Shown: positions 10,143 to 22,629 of the stretch, one piece after another
Numbering within the stretch: position 1 is the stretch's first letter
How the letters are laid out: every line of letters begins with the position of its first letter
NCBI RefSeq assembly: GCF_963921235.1
Contig: NC_086097.1
Coordinates: 202,680,001-202,744,000, forward strand
Reading direction: 5' to 3'
Length of the DNA stretch: 64,000 nucleotides
Source: Mobula hypostoma
Taxonomy: Eukaryota
Translations under genes and position numbers: made by a program
The notes under the pieces: generated by a model
Seen by the model: only the letters and a program-made list of their open reading frames with translations
Told to the model about the DNA's origin: nothing
Databases searched by the model: none

Positions 10143-11735
10143 CAGTGGCATGCAAAAGTTTGGGCACCCCGGTCAAAATTTCTGTTACTGTGAATAGCCA
10201 AGTGAGTAAAAGATAACCTGATTTCCAAAAGGCATGAAGTTAAAGATGACACATTTCTTTAATATTTTAAGCAAGATTACTTTTTTATTTCCATCTTTTA
10301 CAGTTTGAAAATAATAAAAAAGGAAGAGGGCCCTAAGCAAAAGTTTGGGCACCCTACATGGCAGTACTTAGTAACACCCCCTTTGGCAAGTATCACAGCT
10401 TGTAAATGCTTTCTGTAGCCAGCTAAGAGTCTTTCAATTCTTATTTGGGGGATTTTCGCCCATTATTCCTTGCAAAAGGCTTCTAGTTCTGTGAGATTCT
10501 TGGGCCGTCTTGCATGGACTGCTCTTTTGAGGTCTGTCCACAGATTTTCAATGATGTTTAGGTCGGGGGACCGTGAGGGCCATGGCAAAACTTTCAGCTT
10601 GCGCCTCGAGGTTGTCCATTGTGGATTTTGAGGTGTGTTTAGGATCATTATCCTGTTGTAGAAGCCATCTTCTTTCGTCTTCAGCATTCTTACAGACGGT
10701 GTGATGTTTGCTTCCAGAATTTGCTGGTATTTAATTGAATTCATTCTTCCCTCTACCAGTGGAATGTTCCCCGTGCCACTGGCTGCAACACAAGCCCAGA
10801 GCATGATTGATCCACCCCCATGCTTAACATTTGGAGAGGTGTTCTTTTCATGAAATTCTGCACCCTTTTATCTCCAAACACACCTTTGCTCATTGCGACC
10901 AAAAAGTTCTGTTTTTCCAAAATGCATCAGGATTGTTTAGATGTTCCTTTGCAAACTTCTGACGCTGAATTTTGTGGTGAGGATGCAAGAAAGGTTTTCT
11001 TCTGATGACTCTTCCATTAAGGTCATATTTGTGCAGGTGTGGCTGCACAGTAAAACAGTGCACCACCACTCCAGAGTCTGCTAAATCTTCCTGAAGGTCT
11101 TTTGCAGTCAAACGGGGGTCTTGACTTGCCTTTGTAGCAATCCTATGAGCAATTCTCTCGGAAAGTTTTCTTGGTCTTCCAGACTTCAACTTGACCTCCA
11201 CCATTTCTGTTAACTGCCATTTCTTAATTACATTAGGAACTGAGGAAACGGCTACCTGAAAACGCTTTGCTATCTTCTTATAGCCTTCTCCTGCTTTGTG
11301 GGCATCATTTATTTTAATTTTCAGAGTGCTAGGCAGCAGCTTAGAGGAGCCCGTGGCTGTTGATTGTTGGGACAAGGTTTGAGGAGTCAGGGTATTTATA
11401 AAGTTTTGAAATTTGCATCACCTGGCCTTTCCTAATGATGACTGTGAACAAACCATAGCCCTAACAAGCTAATTAAGGTCTGAGACCTTGGTAAAAGTTA
11501 TCTGAGAGCTCAAATCTCTTGTTGTGCCCAAACTTTTGCATGGTGCTCCTTTCCTTTTTTTTTCACTCTAAAATTGTTCAAAACAAAAATAATACACTAA
11601 TCTTGCTTAAAGTGTTGAAAAGAATGTTTCATCTTTAACTTTATGACTTTTGAAAATCAGTTCATCTTCTGCTCACTTAACTATTCACAGTCACAGAAAT
11701 TTTGATCAGGGTGCCCAAACTTTTGCATGCCACTG
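10143..11735 (-). mobile_element. Tc1/mariner transposon, IR/DR type, with transposase pseudogene
   Basis: The ends are TA|CAGTGGCATGCAAAAGTTTGGGCACCC ... GGGTGCCCAAACTTTTGCATGCCACTG|TA. The ~210-bp TIRs carry an internal repeat of the terminal motif. Minus-strand ORFs give GYKKIAKRF, GRPRK and WPSRSPDLNIIENLW. The probable start codon is mutated to ACG (11354-11352). It is inserted in a TA-rich microsatellite. Confidence 0.95.
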
Positions 11736-12524
11736 TATATATAGAATTATATAGAGATATTTATATATATATACATATATAGATAGTTATAGATATCACT
11801 GAAATAATTGCTTGTAGATACTGTGGACTATTTGTAGTAATCTGACCCTTATGTATTTTTAGCCAAAAAGTTTGTGTTCATCTTCTCCAAATGCTTTGTG
11901 TTACTGGTTAAGTTCGCAATATTAATTGACTTTTTAAAAAATAAATCAGACTTGGAGTTTTACCTAATGGCCTTATGACAAAGCAGATAATCTATTGAGT
12001 TGCCATTGTCATTTACTTCAGTTATTTCCTCAAGAATTCTATAGGTTGTGGGTTTACTACTTTAATCTTGTGCTTATTACTTTTTGTGGATTCTGTTCTC
12101 TTCAGGTGAAAGTTGGTTGATAGCATGTGTTCTTAAGGTAGTTTCTCACAACTAAGGACTACTTGGATACAAGATTATGTTGTTTTGTTTTCTCCACCAA
12201 TGTTTATATTGGTTGATGTCTTTCTGTGGCATTTTTGCTAATAAATTAGTGTTATCCAAAGAATTGAAAAACTCCAATGAGTGTTTGTTCTATTTTCTGA
12301 AAACCAGGATTGTTTGAAAATTAAAACAGATTATTTTGAAAGAAGTTAGTCATTCAAGCAGCATTTGTGTAATAAACTGAGGAAGAGGTGTGTGCAAGAG
12401 CATTAAGTGGTTTCTCTTTCCACAAATCTGCTTGACTGAATTTTCTATTTTTATTGCAGGTTCCAGTAAAGTCAATTCTGTTAGTTTTAACTGATTTGAA
12501 AACCATATTGGTATCTTGAGATAT

Positions 12525-13256
12525 TGGTGACATGTTGTCATGACAACCACCCTTTCCTCAGTGTCAACAAAGGAGCTGGCCATTGACTTCAGAAAGAAGA
12601 GCAGTGCACATGCTGAGAGCTTCAGGTCTCTAGGTGTGAACATTACTAATTGTCCAACCACACTGATGTCATGACATTGAAAACTCATTAGTGCCTCAAC
12701 TTCTGCAGGAGGTTAAAGAAACTCAGCATATCCCTGTTGAGTCTTTCCATTTTTTTTTCACAGCACCATAGAAAGCATTCAGTCTGGATACAGGACAGCT
12801 TGGCATGGCAACTGCTCTGCACGTGACCACAAGAAACTGCCGAGAATTGTAGACATAGTTCAGTACATTACAGGAACTAGCCTGCCCTTTATAGATTCTG
12901 TCTAACCTTGATGCCTCAGTAAATCAGCTGCCATAATCAAAGGTGTCCCATCCACCCCGGTTATTCTCTCATTTCCCCTCTACCATCAGGCAGAAGATAG
13001 AAAAGCCTCAATGCATGTACCAACGTGCTCAAGGACAACTTCTATCATGCTGTGATCAGAGTCTTGAACTCAATAAGACAGATTCTTAACCTCAAAGTGG
13101 TGACGATTTTGTACTCTATCTTTTACCTGCACTGCACTTTTTCAGTAGCTTTTGCACTTTATCCTGTATTGTTATTATTTTACTTTATTCCAGCTTAATA
13201 AAATGTGTAATGATTTCACCTGAGTAAACAGAATGCAAGACAAGCTTTTCACTCTG
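12525..13256 (+). mobile_element. Rex1/Babar-like non-LTR retrotransposon 3' fragment (degraded)
   Basis: It shows decayed NKTKELxIDFRK and IESILxGCITAWYGNC-like coding, colinear with 36428-37335. Confidence 0.65.
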
Positions 13257-15108
13257 TAAGACCATAAGACATAGTTCAGAATTAGGCGATTCAGCCCATT
13301 GAGTCTGCTCCACCATTCCATCATGGCTGATTTATTATCCTTCTCAACCCCATTCTCTTGCTTCCTTCCTCTGATATCCTGATTAATTAGGAATGTATCA
13401 ACCTCCGTCTTGAATATACACAACGACTTGGCCTGCACTGCTGTCTGTGGCAATGAATTGCACAGATCCACCACAGATGGCTAAGAAATTTTTCCTCATC
13501 TCTGTTCAAAATGGATGTCCCTCCACTCTGAGGCTGTGCCCTCTGGTCTTCGACTCCCCCATTGTAGGAAACATCCTCTCCATCTATTGCATCACTGCCT
13601 TTTAATAAATCCCCCCCCTCATTCATCTAAATTCCATTGAGAACAGGCCCAGAGACATTAAATGCTACTCATATGTTAACCCTTTCATTCCTGGGATCAT
13701 TCTTGAGAGCCTCCTCAGTACCCTGTCCAATGTCAGCACATCTTTTCTTAAAATCAGGCCCAAAACTCTTTATAATACTCCAAGTGCAGTCTGATCAATG
13801 TTTTATAAAGGCTCAGCATTATATCCTTGTTTTTTGTATTCTAGTCCTCTTGAAGTGAATGCTGACATTACATTTGCCAATACATTACATTTGGAAGGGT
13901 CTCGGCCTGAAATGTCAACTGTACCTCTTCCTAGAGATGCTGCCTGCCCTGCTGCGTTCACCAGCAACTTTGATGTGTATTGCTTGAATTTCCAGTAACT
14001 GCAGAATTCCTCATGATTACATTTGCCTTCTTTATTGCAACTCAACCTGCAAGTTAACTTTTCGGGAATCTGCATGAAGACTCCCAAGTCCCTTTGCACC
14101 TCTAAATTTTGATTATTTTTTCCATTCAGAGAATAGTGCATACCTTTATTCCTTTTACCAAAGTGTATGACCATGTACTTCCCTACACTATGTTCTATTT
14201 GCAACCTCTTTGCCCATTCACCCAATCTGTCTCAGGCCTTCTGCAGATGCCGAACTTTCCTCAACATTGCTTGTTCCTCCACTATCTTCGTATCATCCTC
14301 AAATTTGGCCACTAAGCCAACAATTCCATCACCCAAATCATTGATATATAACTTGTAAAGGCATGGTGCCAACATATACCCCTGCAGCACACCACTAGTC
14401 GCCACAACCAACCACAAAAGCCCCCTTTATTCCCACTCTTTGCCTCCTGCAAATCATCCATTCTTCTATCCATCGCTAGTATCTTTCCTGTAATACCACG
14501 GGCTCCGATTAAGCAGCCCCACGTTTGGCACCTTATTAGAGGCTTTCTGACTCTCCTTTGTCTATCCTACCTTTTATCTCCTCAAAATACTCCCAACAGA
14601 TTTGTCAAGCGAGATTCCCCCTTAAGGCAGGAGCTTTTTTATGCCATGGACCCCTACCATTAACTGAGGGGTCCATGGACCACAGGCTGGGAAACCCTGC
14701 CTCGGAAACAGTACAGACTTTGGCCTACTTTATCATGTGCCTCCAAGTACCCCGGAACCTCATCCTTAATAACAGACCCCAAAATCTTTCCAATCACTGA
14801 AATCCGGCTAACTGGCTGATAAGTTTCTTTCTTCTGCCTCTTTCCCTTCTTAAAGAGTGGAGTGACATTGCAATTTTCGAGTCCTCTGGAACCATTCCAG
14901 AATCTAGTGATTCTTAAAAGATCATTACTAATGCCTCCACAGTCTCTTCAGCTACGTCTTCAAAACCCTGGGGTGAGATGCATTTGGTCCAAGTGACTTA
15001 TTTACCTTCAGACTTGTCAGCTTCCCAAGCACCTGCTCCTTCTGCCCCCTGATGCCTTTGTATTTCTGGCATTCTGCTAGTGTCTTTCACAGTGAAGACT
15101 GTAGCAAA
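13257..15108 (-). mobile_element. CR1 LINE fragment with a Penelope pLTR insert
   Basis: It has a (taagacca)n tail, and minus-strand ORFs carry TSGVLQG and KFEDDTKI (RT FADD motif). Confidence 0.85.
13894..14015 (+). mobile_element. Short Penelope pLTR insertion with a 5'-truncated hammerhead
   Basis: It begins at gaagggtctcggcctgaaatgtc, with the CUGANGA box missing, and is flanked by ATTACATTTG direct repeats. Confidence 0.8.
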
Positions 15109-15394
15109 TTCGAGTTTACTACTAGAATTGAAAGCTACATCTAATACAGTTTCACCATGATGACATTTGAACAAATTTAATCAAGCAAAAAAAAAATCCT
15201 CGGAATGCTTTTTTCCACTATTTTAACTTAACACGTGTTTCCACCAGTCAGTCAATAGTCATTATAGATCTAATTAAAGGTGCTTAGGATGACTGAGTGA
15301 GCACTGCCTATCAAATACCCATTGATATTAATCCTCCCTTAATCCACTTTATTTTTCTCTACCTTCCCCTCCCCCATATTCGACCTGTACTCTC

Positions 15395-15582
15395 TATAGT
15401 AGCCAATTAAGTCAGGTCAAGTGTAGAAACTAACTTAGCAACCTGCATGTTTCTAGAATGTAGGAGAAAACCTGTGCACCAAGATGCAACCAGATAGTCA
15501 TGGTGAGAAACTCCATGCAGCACTGGAGGTCAGGATCAGACTCCGGATGCTGGAGCAGTATTTTGCAAATGTGCCACTGGGC
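15395..15582 (-). mobile_element. Degraded tRNA-type SINE
   Basis: The motifs tgtaggagaaaacctgtgcacc and aaactccatgcagcactggaggtcaggat resemble the other SINE copies. Confidence 0.5.
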
Positions 15583-15625
15583 TGCTATATTATTTGTAAT
15601 CAGTTGTCTGCATTATTGGGATATG

Positions 15626-16184
15626 CACTCTGAGGCTACTTTATCAGGTACCTCCTGTATTTAATAAAGTGGCCACTGAGTGTAAGTTCATGGTCTTCAG
15701 CTGCTGTGTAGCTCATCTACTTCCAGGTTCAACTTGTTATGGATTCAGAAATGCTATTCTACACGCCAATGTTTTAATGTATGATTATTTGAGTTACTGT
15801 TGCCTTCCTTTCACCTTGAATCAGTCTGGCCATTCTCTGACCTCTCACATTAACAAGGTGTTTTTGTTTTTACTGATGCTCACGGTATGCTTTTTGATTT
15901 TCGCACCTTTCTCTGTAAACGAGAGTCTCATATGTATCTGAAAATCCTAGATCAGCAGTTTCTGAGTTACTCAAACCACCCCATCTGGCACCAACAATCA
16001 TTCCACAGTCCAAGTCACTTAGATCACATTTCTTCTCCATTCTGACGTTTGGTCTGTACAACGACTGAACCTCGACCTTGTCTGCATGTTTTATGCATTG
16101 AGTTGCTGCCACACAATTGGCTGATTATATATTTGCATTAACAAGTAGGTATACATGTATACCTAATAAAGTCGCCACTGAGTG
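15626..16184 (-). mobile_element. Internally deleted Tc1-family element
   Basis: TIR-like CACTCAGTGGC(C/G)ACTTTATTAGGTA ends at 16184 and is followed by TA. The transposase N-terminus MEKKCDLSDLDCGMIVGARWGGLSNSETADLGFS starts at 16040. A degenerate opposite TIR lies at 15626. Confidence 0.8.
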
Positions 16185-17077
16185 TATCTTGCTCGATATG
16201 GCCCATTGCCCAGTGCTGGATCCACAGTCATTTGCCTGCACGCACTTGCATGGTCTGGATGTAGAGGGCAATCTGTCCCACCTTCTGCATCTGCAAGTGA
16301 GGTGTAACAAGACCTTGGATGGCTTACTACTGAGGCCCGGGAATGCTTTGACAGGAGGCAACAGAGAACAGACACTTTTAAAACTATTACAGTGGATATA
16401 AATTGTTCAAAACAATGGTTATTTGGATTAAAACAGTCAAATACAAAAATCAAAAAATTGTAAAAAAAATATTAAAATTAAATAAATAAAAAAATAGATG
16501 ATCTCTCATCTCTGGGCCATGATTCCCCTTCAGATGAATGTGACTCTCATCTTTAGACAGGTCTTATTTGGCAGGTCATGTTGATCCAGAAACCAAGCAA
16601 ACTGATAGATATGTTGGTTTCACTGTCCTGCATTTGACAGTTTGTGCCCATCCTTCAGCTTTGCAGAGATTTAATAGACTGGAATGTAGCACGTCTGGTC
16701 AGAACCACTTGTGTCTGTCAGGTTGATTTGTATTCCTATGAAATTTTGATTTCTGTTTTTGAATGAAGACAGGCTTTTTGTAAACATATTCTGTAAAATT
16801 ACCAACAGTTTTTGTCTGTTCCTAATTTTTTGTGAGAAGGTGAAGTTGAGTTACCTCCATGAACTGCTGTAGTCCTGATAAAGATAGTCTCACAGTAGGT
16901 AGTTACAAGCATTTAAACCCCAGTGACAATGTTTCAGAGATTGGATAGTTCTATGATTTGGCAGGGAATCTGCAAGTAATACTATTCCCATGCCTCTGCT
17001 GTCCGTCTGATATAGGAGTGGTGCTTTTGCAGCAGGTTTTACAAGTGACTGGGCTTTATTTGGCGTTTGAAGCGATT

Positions 17078-17654
17078 TGGCATTTCAACAAATACACTCA
17101 AAAACTTCTATACTTGTACCGTGGAGAGCATTCTGACAGGCTGCATCACTGTCTGGTATGGAGGGGCTACTGCACAGGACTGAAAGAAACTGCAGAAGGT
17201 TGTAAATCTAGTCAGCTCCATCTTGGGCACTAGCCTACAAAGTACCCAGGACATCTTTAGGGAGCAGTGTCTCAGAAAGGCAGCGTCCATTATTAAGGAC
17301 CTCCAGCACCCAGGCCATGCCCTTTTCTCACTGTTACCATCACGTAGGAGATACAGAAGCCTGAAGGCACACATTCAGCAATTCAGGAACAGCTTCTTTC
17401 CCTCTACCATCAGATTCCTGAATGGACATTGAAGGTTTGGACACTACCTCACTTTTTTTAGTATACAGTATTTCTGTTTTTGCACATTTTTCAATAATCT
17501 ATTCAATATATGTAATTGATTTACTTGTTTATTTATTATTATGTTTTATTTTTTTTTCTCTCTCTCTCTGCTAGATTATGTATTGCATTGAACTGCTGCT
17601 GCTAAGTTAACAAATTTCACGTCACATGCTGGTGATAATGATTCTGATTCTGAT
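17078..17654 (+). mobile_element. Rex1/Babar-like LINE 3' end
   Basis: It codes FYTCTVESILTGCITVWYG...HPGHALFSLLPSRRRYRS...FRNSFFP and ends in a (attctg)n tail. Confidence 0.8.
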
Positions 17655-17977
17655 TTTACAGATGGTTCTCGGATGAGAGTGAATGTTTAGGTGGTAGATG
17701 TGGTGCTGATGAAGCACAGTGGTTTGATGTATTTGAGTGTTGCTGCAGCTGCATTAACAGACTAAAGTTAAGCATAGTCCATTACACTTTTAGATCTGGG
17801 GCATCACTTGTAACAGGTACTCAATCTTGGAATCTTGTATTGCAGCAACAAAGTGGCTGGTGCAATCCAGCGTTAGGCCAGATGATAATCACACAATGTT
17901 GGTGGTGGGAGCTCAGCAATTGTGTGCAAAACATAGTCCAACAAGATGAGGGGCTGTGCGGGACTTGGTGTTGGGTA

Positions 17978-19048
17978 ATAGAAACATAGAAAATCTACAG
18001 CACAATACAGGCCCTTCGGTCCACAAAGTTGTGCCAAACATGTCCCTACCTTAGAAATTATTAGGCTAGCCCTCTATTTTTCTGAGCTCCATGTACCTAT
18101 CCAAAAGTCTCTTAAAAGACCTTATCGTATCCGCCTCCACCACTGTTGCCGGCAGCCCATTCCACGCACTCACCACACTCTGAGTAAAAAACTTACCCCT
18201 GACATCTCCTCTGTATCTACTCCCCAGCACCTTAAACCTGTGTGCTCTTGTGGCAACCATTTCAGCCCTGGGAAAAAGCCTCTGACTATCCACACGATCA
18301 ATGCCTCTCATCATCTTACACACCTCTATCAGGTCACCTCTCATCCTCCATTGCTCCAAGGAGAGAAGGCCGAGTTCACTCAACCTATTCTCATAAGGCA
18401 TGCTTCCCAGTCCGGGCAACATCCTTGTAAATCTCCTCTGCACCCTTTCCATGGCTTCCACATCCTTCCTGTAGTGAGGTGACCAGAACTGAGCACAGTA
18501 CTCCAAGTGGGGTCTGACCAGGGTCCTATATAGTTGCAACATTACCTCTCGGCTCCTAAACTCACTCCCATGATTGATGAAGGCCAATACACCGTATGCC
18601 TTCTTAACCACAGAGTCAACATACGCAGCTGCTTTGAGCGTCCTGTGGACTCAGTCCCCAAGATCCCTCTGATCCTTCACACTGCCAAGAGTCTTACCAT
18701 TAATACTATATTCTGCCATCATATTTGACTTACCAAAATGAACCACTTCACACTTACCTGGGTTGAACTCCATTAGCCACTTCTCAGCCCAGTTTTGCAT
18801 CCTATCAATGTCCTAGTGTAACCTTTGACAGCCCGCCACACTGTCCACAATGCCTCCAACCTTTGTGTCATCAGCAAACTTACTAACCCATCCCTCCACT
18901 TTCTCATCCAGGTCATTTATAAAAATCACGAAGAGTAAGGGTCCCAAAACAGATCCCTGAGGCACTCTACTGGTGACTGACCTCCATACAGAATATGACC
19001 CATCTACAACCACTCTTTGCCTTCTGTGGGCAAGCCAGTTCTGGATTC
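17978..19048 (-). mobile_element. Young CR1 LINE 3' fragment
   Basis: ORFs 18066-18611 and 18813-19013 carry VPQGSVLGPLLF, KFADDTK and LVRPHLEYCAQFWSP. The tail is (catagaaa)n. Confidence 0.92.
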
Positions 19049-19796
19049 AGAGCCTGGCCAAGTGACCAAACTTTCAGCGAGTGAACAATTAGGGAACAGT
19101 GACCACAACTCCTTAAGTTTTAAGATAACTATAGATAAGGAGAAGTTTGGACCTTGCAGGAGGGTATTAAGTTGGAGCAATACAAATTATGGGTGCGTTA
19201 AGCAGGACCTAGGGAGAGTTAATTGGGAAAAACTGGTTTTGAGCGTTTCCACATCTGACGTGGGGGTGTTTAAAGACCAACTGCAAGGAGAACAAGACAG
19301 GTATGTTCCAGGAAAAAGAAAGGACAAGGATGGCAAGTGATTAATTTAGTCAAGAAGAAAAAGGAAAAGAATGTAAAGCTTAAGAAGGTCAAATGAAACA
19401 GAGCCCTTGAGGATTATAAAGAAGCCCAGAAAAAATAACTCAAGACAGGAATTAGGAAAGCCAGGAGGGGCTATGAAAAGTTTTTGGCAAGTAGAATTGG
19501 CAAGAGAATCCTAAGCTATTCTATATATACATCAGGAGCAAGAGGATAACTAGGGAAAGGATAGGACCACTCGAGAATAAGGCGGGGGGGAGGGATATTT
19601 GCGGAGAATGTAAGTAAGAACCTTAATGAATAGTTTACATCAGTATTTATCAAGGAGAAAGGCTTGGATAATAGGGAGATCAGTGCTGAGTGTATTGATA
19701 TGCTCGGACATTTTAAGGTAAAGGAAAAGATAGTGTTAGATCTTTTAAAGACCATCTAGGTGATAAGTCCCTGGGGCCTGATGGGATATACTTCAT

Positions 19797-20797
19797 AAAC
19801 ACAAAATAATCTGCAGATGCTGTGATCAAAGCAACACTTTCAGTATGCTGGATGAACTCAGCAGGTCGGGCAGCATCAGTTAGAAACGATGAGCCGACGT
19901 TTCAGGCTGGAACCCTTCGTCAGGACTGAAGAATGAAAGATGGGGAAGGATTTGAAGAGTGCTTGTAGCTTCAGTTGAAAGACCAGTAATTTGAAAGACA
20001 AAGGGGTGGGGGAGGGGAAGCATTGACATCATAGCCCTGAAAACAATGGGTAGTAGAAGAAGGAGGCGGAACCATGAGGGAGCTGGGGGAGGGGGTAAAT
20101 AGGGATAGAGGAAGGGAGGGGGAGGGAATTACCGGAAGTTGGAGAATTCTATGTTCATACCAAGGGGCTGGAGACTACCTCGACGGTATGTGAGGTGTTG
20201 CTCCTCCAACCTGAGTTTAGCCTCATCATCGCAGTAGAGGAGGCCATGTATGGACATATCTGAATGGGAATGGGAAGCAGAGTTGAAGTGGGTGGCTACT
20301 GGGAGATCCTGTCTGTTGTGGCGGATGGAGCAGAGGTGCTCGACGAAGCGATCCCCCAATCTGCGTCGGGTTTCACCGATGTAGAGGAGGCCGCACCGGG
20401 AGCACCGGATGCAATAGGTGACACCAACAGGCTCACAATTGAAGTGTTGTCTCACCTGGAAGGACTGGTTGGGGCCCTGAATGGTGGCAAGAGATGAGGT
20501 GTAGGGACAGGTGTAGCACTTAGGCTTTGAAGTGCCGGGTGGGAGATCAGTGGGGATGGACGTTCAGATAAGGGAGTCGCGGAGGGACCGATCCCTGCGG
20601 AAAGCGGAGAGGGGTGGAGAGGAAAAGATGTGCTTAGTGCTGGGGTCCTGTTGAAGGTGGCGGAAATTGTGGAGGATAATGTGCTGGATCTGGAGGCTGG
20701 TGGGGTGGTAGGTGAGGACAAAGGGAACTCTGTCCCTGTTGTGGTTGCGGGAGGATGGGGTGAGGGCCGAAGTGGGGGAAATGGAGGAGATGCGGGC
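19797..20797 (-). mobile_element. Penelope-like element 3' kilobase with GIY-YIG endonuclease domain
   Basis: ORF 20129-20455 reads GVTYCIRCSRCGLLYIGETRRRLGDRFVEH...GSLQPLGMN and is followed by a pLTR containing a hammerhead. Confidence 0.92.
19892..19927 (-). ncRNA. Minimal hammerhead ribozyme (second Penelope subfamily, intact core)
   Basis: The minus strand reads AGUC-CUGACGA-AGG(guuccag)CCU-GAAAC-GUC/GGCU. Stem I has one G-U pair. Loop II differs from the 3551 copy while the core is invariant. Confidence 0.82.
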
Positions 20798-22339
20798 GTT
20801 TTTTGATGAGGTGACAAGGGCGATTGATCAAGGTAGAGCTATGGATGTTGTATGCATGGATTTTAGTGAGGTGTTTGACAAGATCCTTCATGGGAGGCTT
20901 ATCGAGAAGATTAAGATGCATGGGATCCTTGGTGAATTGACTGTTTGGATTCAGAATTCACTTGCCCATAGAAGTCAGAGGGTAATGGTTGAAGGGACTT
21001 ATTCTAGCTGGAAGTCTGTGATTAATGGTGTTCCACAGGGATTTGTACTGGAACCTCTTGTTTGTGATGTTTCTCAATGACCTGGATGAAAATATGGATA
21101 GGTGGGTTGTAGGTTTGCAGATGATACGAAAATTAGTGGTGTTATGGATAGTATAGAAGACTGGCAAAGAATACAAGAGGTTCTAGATCAGTTGTGGATA
21201 TGGGCTGAGAAGTAGCAGATGGTGTTTAACCCGGCTAAATGTGAAATATTGCAGCTTGGTAGATCAAATATAAAAGAGACATACAGAATCAGAGTCAGAT
21301 TTAATATCACCGACATATATTATGAAATTGTTAACTGTGGCAACAGTATAATGCAGTACATGATAAATAATAAAAAAACTGAATTACTGTAGGTATATAT
21401 GTGTATATTAAATAGTTAAATTAAGATAAGTAATGCAAAAAACAGAAATTTTAAAGGAAGTGAGGTAATATTCATGCATTCAATGTCCATTTAGAAATTG
21501 GCTGGTACACAGGGCAAGGTCTATAACAGTATTGATAAGCAGAGGGATCTTTGGGTCCAAGTTCATAGCTCTGTGAATGTGGCTACACGGGTTGATAGGG
21601 TGCTTATTAGCATAGGCATTCAGTTCTAAAGTCAGGAAGTGATGTTGCAGCTTTATAAAACTCCAGTTAAGCTGCATCAGGAGTATTGTGTACAGTTCTG
21701 GTGAAGAATGTTGAGCTTTGGAGAAGGTGCAGAAGAGGTTCACCAGGATGTGTCTGGATTAGAGGGCATGTGCTATAATCAGGAGTTAGTATTGATGATT
21801 CTCGGGGTATTCTCCTACCAGTATAATATTGCGCTTAAGCAAAAGGGGTGTAATTGGAGATGTTCTTATTTTTTCATGGTGCTGAGGAAATGAATTGAGA
21901 ATATATAACACCTTTGCTTTGATTCCTCCTTTTCCACTGTTTTTATATACTTCTGTACAATGTACTTTTAAGTTTAGGGCTTAATATTTTAGCCAGAGTT
22001 AAAATGTGTCTTCAGACAACTATTTAAATTTTTGAGAGTAATGAGAAGGCAAAAATGAAAATAGAGTATTGTCACTGACATGAAAAATAAACTGAAATAA
22101 GTTTTCAACTCATGGTACATATTTAATGTTTAATTGTGTGCAGTGTGTGGGAGAAAGTAGAAGTATGGTGGTCCTGAATGTAGCTCAGTTCTGGGAATAT
22201 TTTCCTGTTTATTTTGTAAAAGGATCTGTGGTATGACTACAAGTGAGACACTTCTTCAATCAGCTTCTTTGCTTTGTCAATATAGTGACAGATTTACAAT
22301 AGAATCATGTATAGGTAACTTGAATCTTTCATGTTTTAG

Positions 22340-22596
22340 GTAACAGAAGATATTTTAGAATTTTCATCCAATAGTGACTGCACAGCTGAACAGGATCAAG
22401 CAGAAAAATCCACTCCACCTATTTCTATACAGCCAAGTGCATCTGCTTGTGACCCTGGATATAGTCAGCGCTCCGTCAGGTCAGCAAGTGATTGGTTGAA
22501 ATGTGCACAAGCATTTCTACGGACACCTGAGAAGGAAAAGAGAAAGCTATTAAAAACCCCAGAAGATTCAGCCAAAAAGAGAAGAAAATTTCTAAG
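22340..22596 (+). CDS. SPIDR: Internal coding exon of SPIDR (DNA repair-scaffolding protein, KIAA0146)
   Basis: The acceptor tttcatgttttag| precedes 22340 and the donor AG|gtgagt follows 22596. The 257-nt exon is stop-free: VTEDILEFSSNSDC...RSASDWLKCAQAFLRTPEKEKRKLLKTPEDSAKKRRKFL(R). It splices in frame (phase 2) to the exon at 37456. The SAKK-R/K-xL-RGGLAERLN motif is recalled from vertebrate SPIDR. Confidence 0.88.
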
Positions 22597-22629
22597 GTGA
22601 GTCAGGATAGTATGCACTTTTATGTTGCA

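Larger units (their letters stand above)
19049..21780 (+). mobile_element. Older CR1 ORF2 fragment interrupted by Penelope (19797-20797) and a Rex-like tail (~21286-21503)
   Basis: Motifs LGNSDHN, KSLGPDGI, DFSEVFDK, GVPQG and FADDTK occur in order across the inserts. Confidence 0.82.

Noticed and set aside
17078..17432. ESILTGCITVWYG-type peptides as exons of a host gene
   Set aside because: The motif recurs in at least six decayed copies on both strands with simple-repeat tails, so these are LINE 3' ends.
19030..19070. Head-to-head CR1 junction as a twin-priming inversion of a single element
   Set aside because: The two sides differ in degree of decay and overlap in ORF2 coverage, so they are more likely independent insertions.
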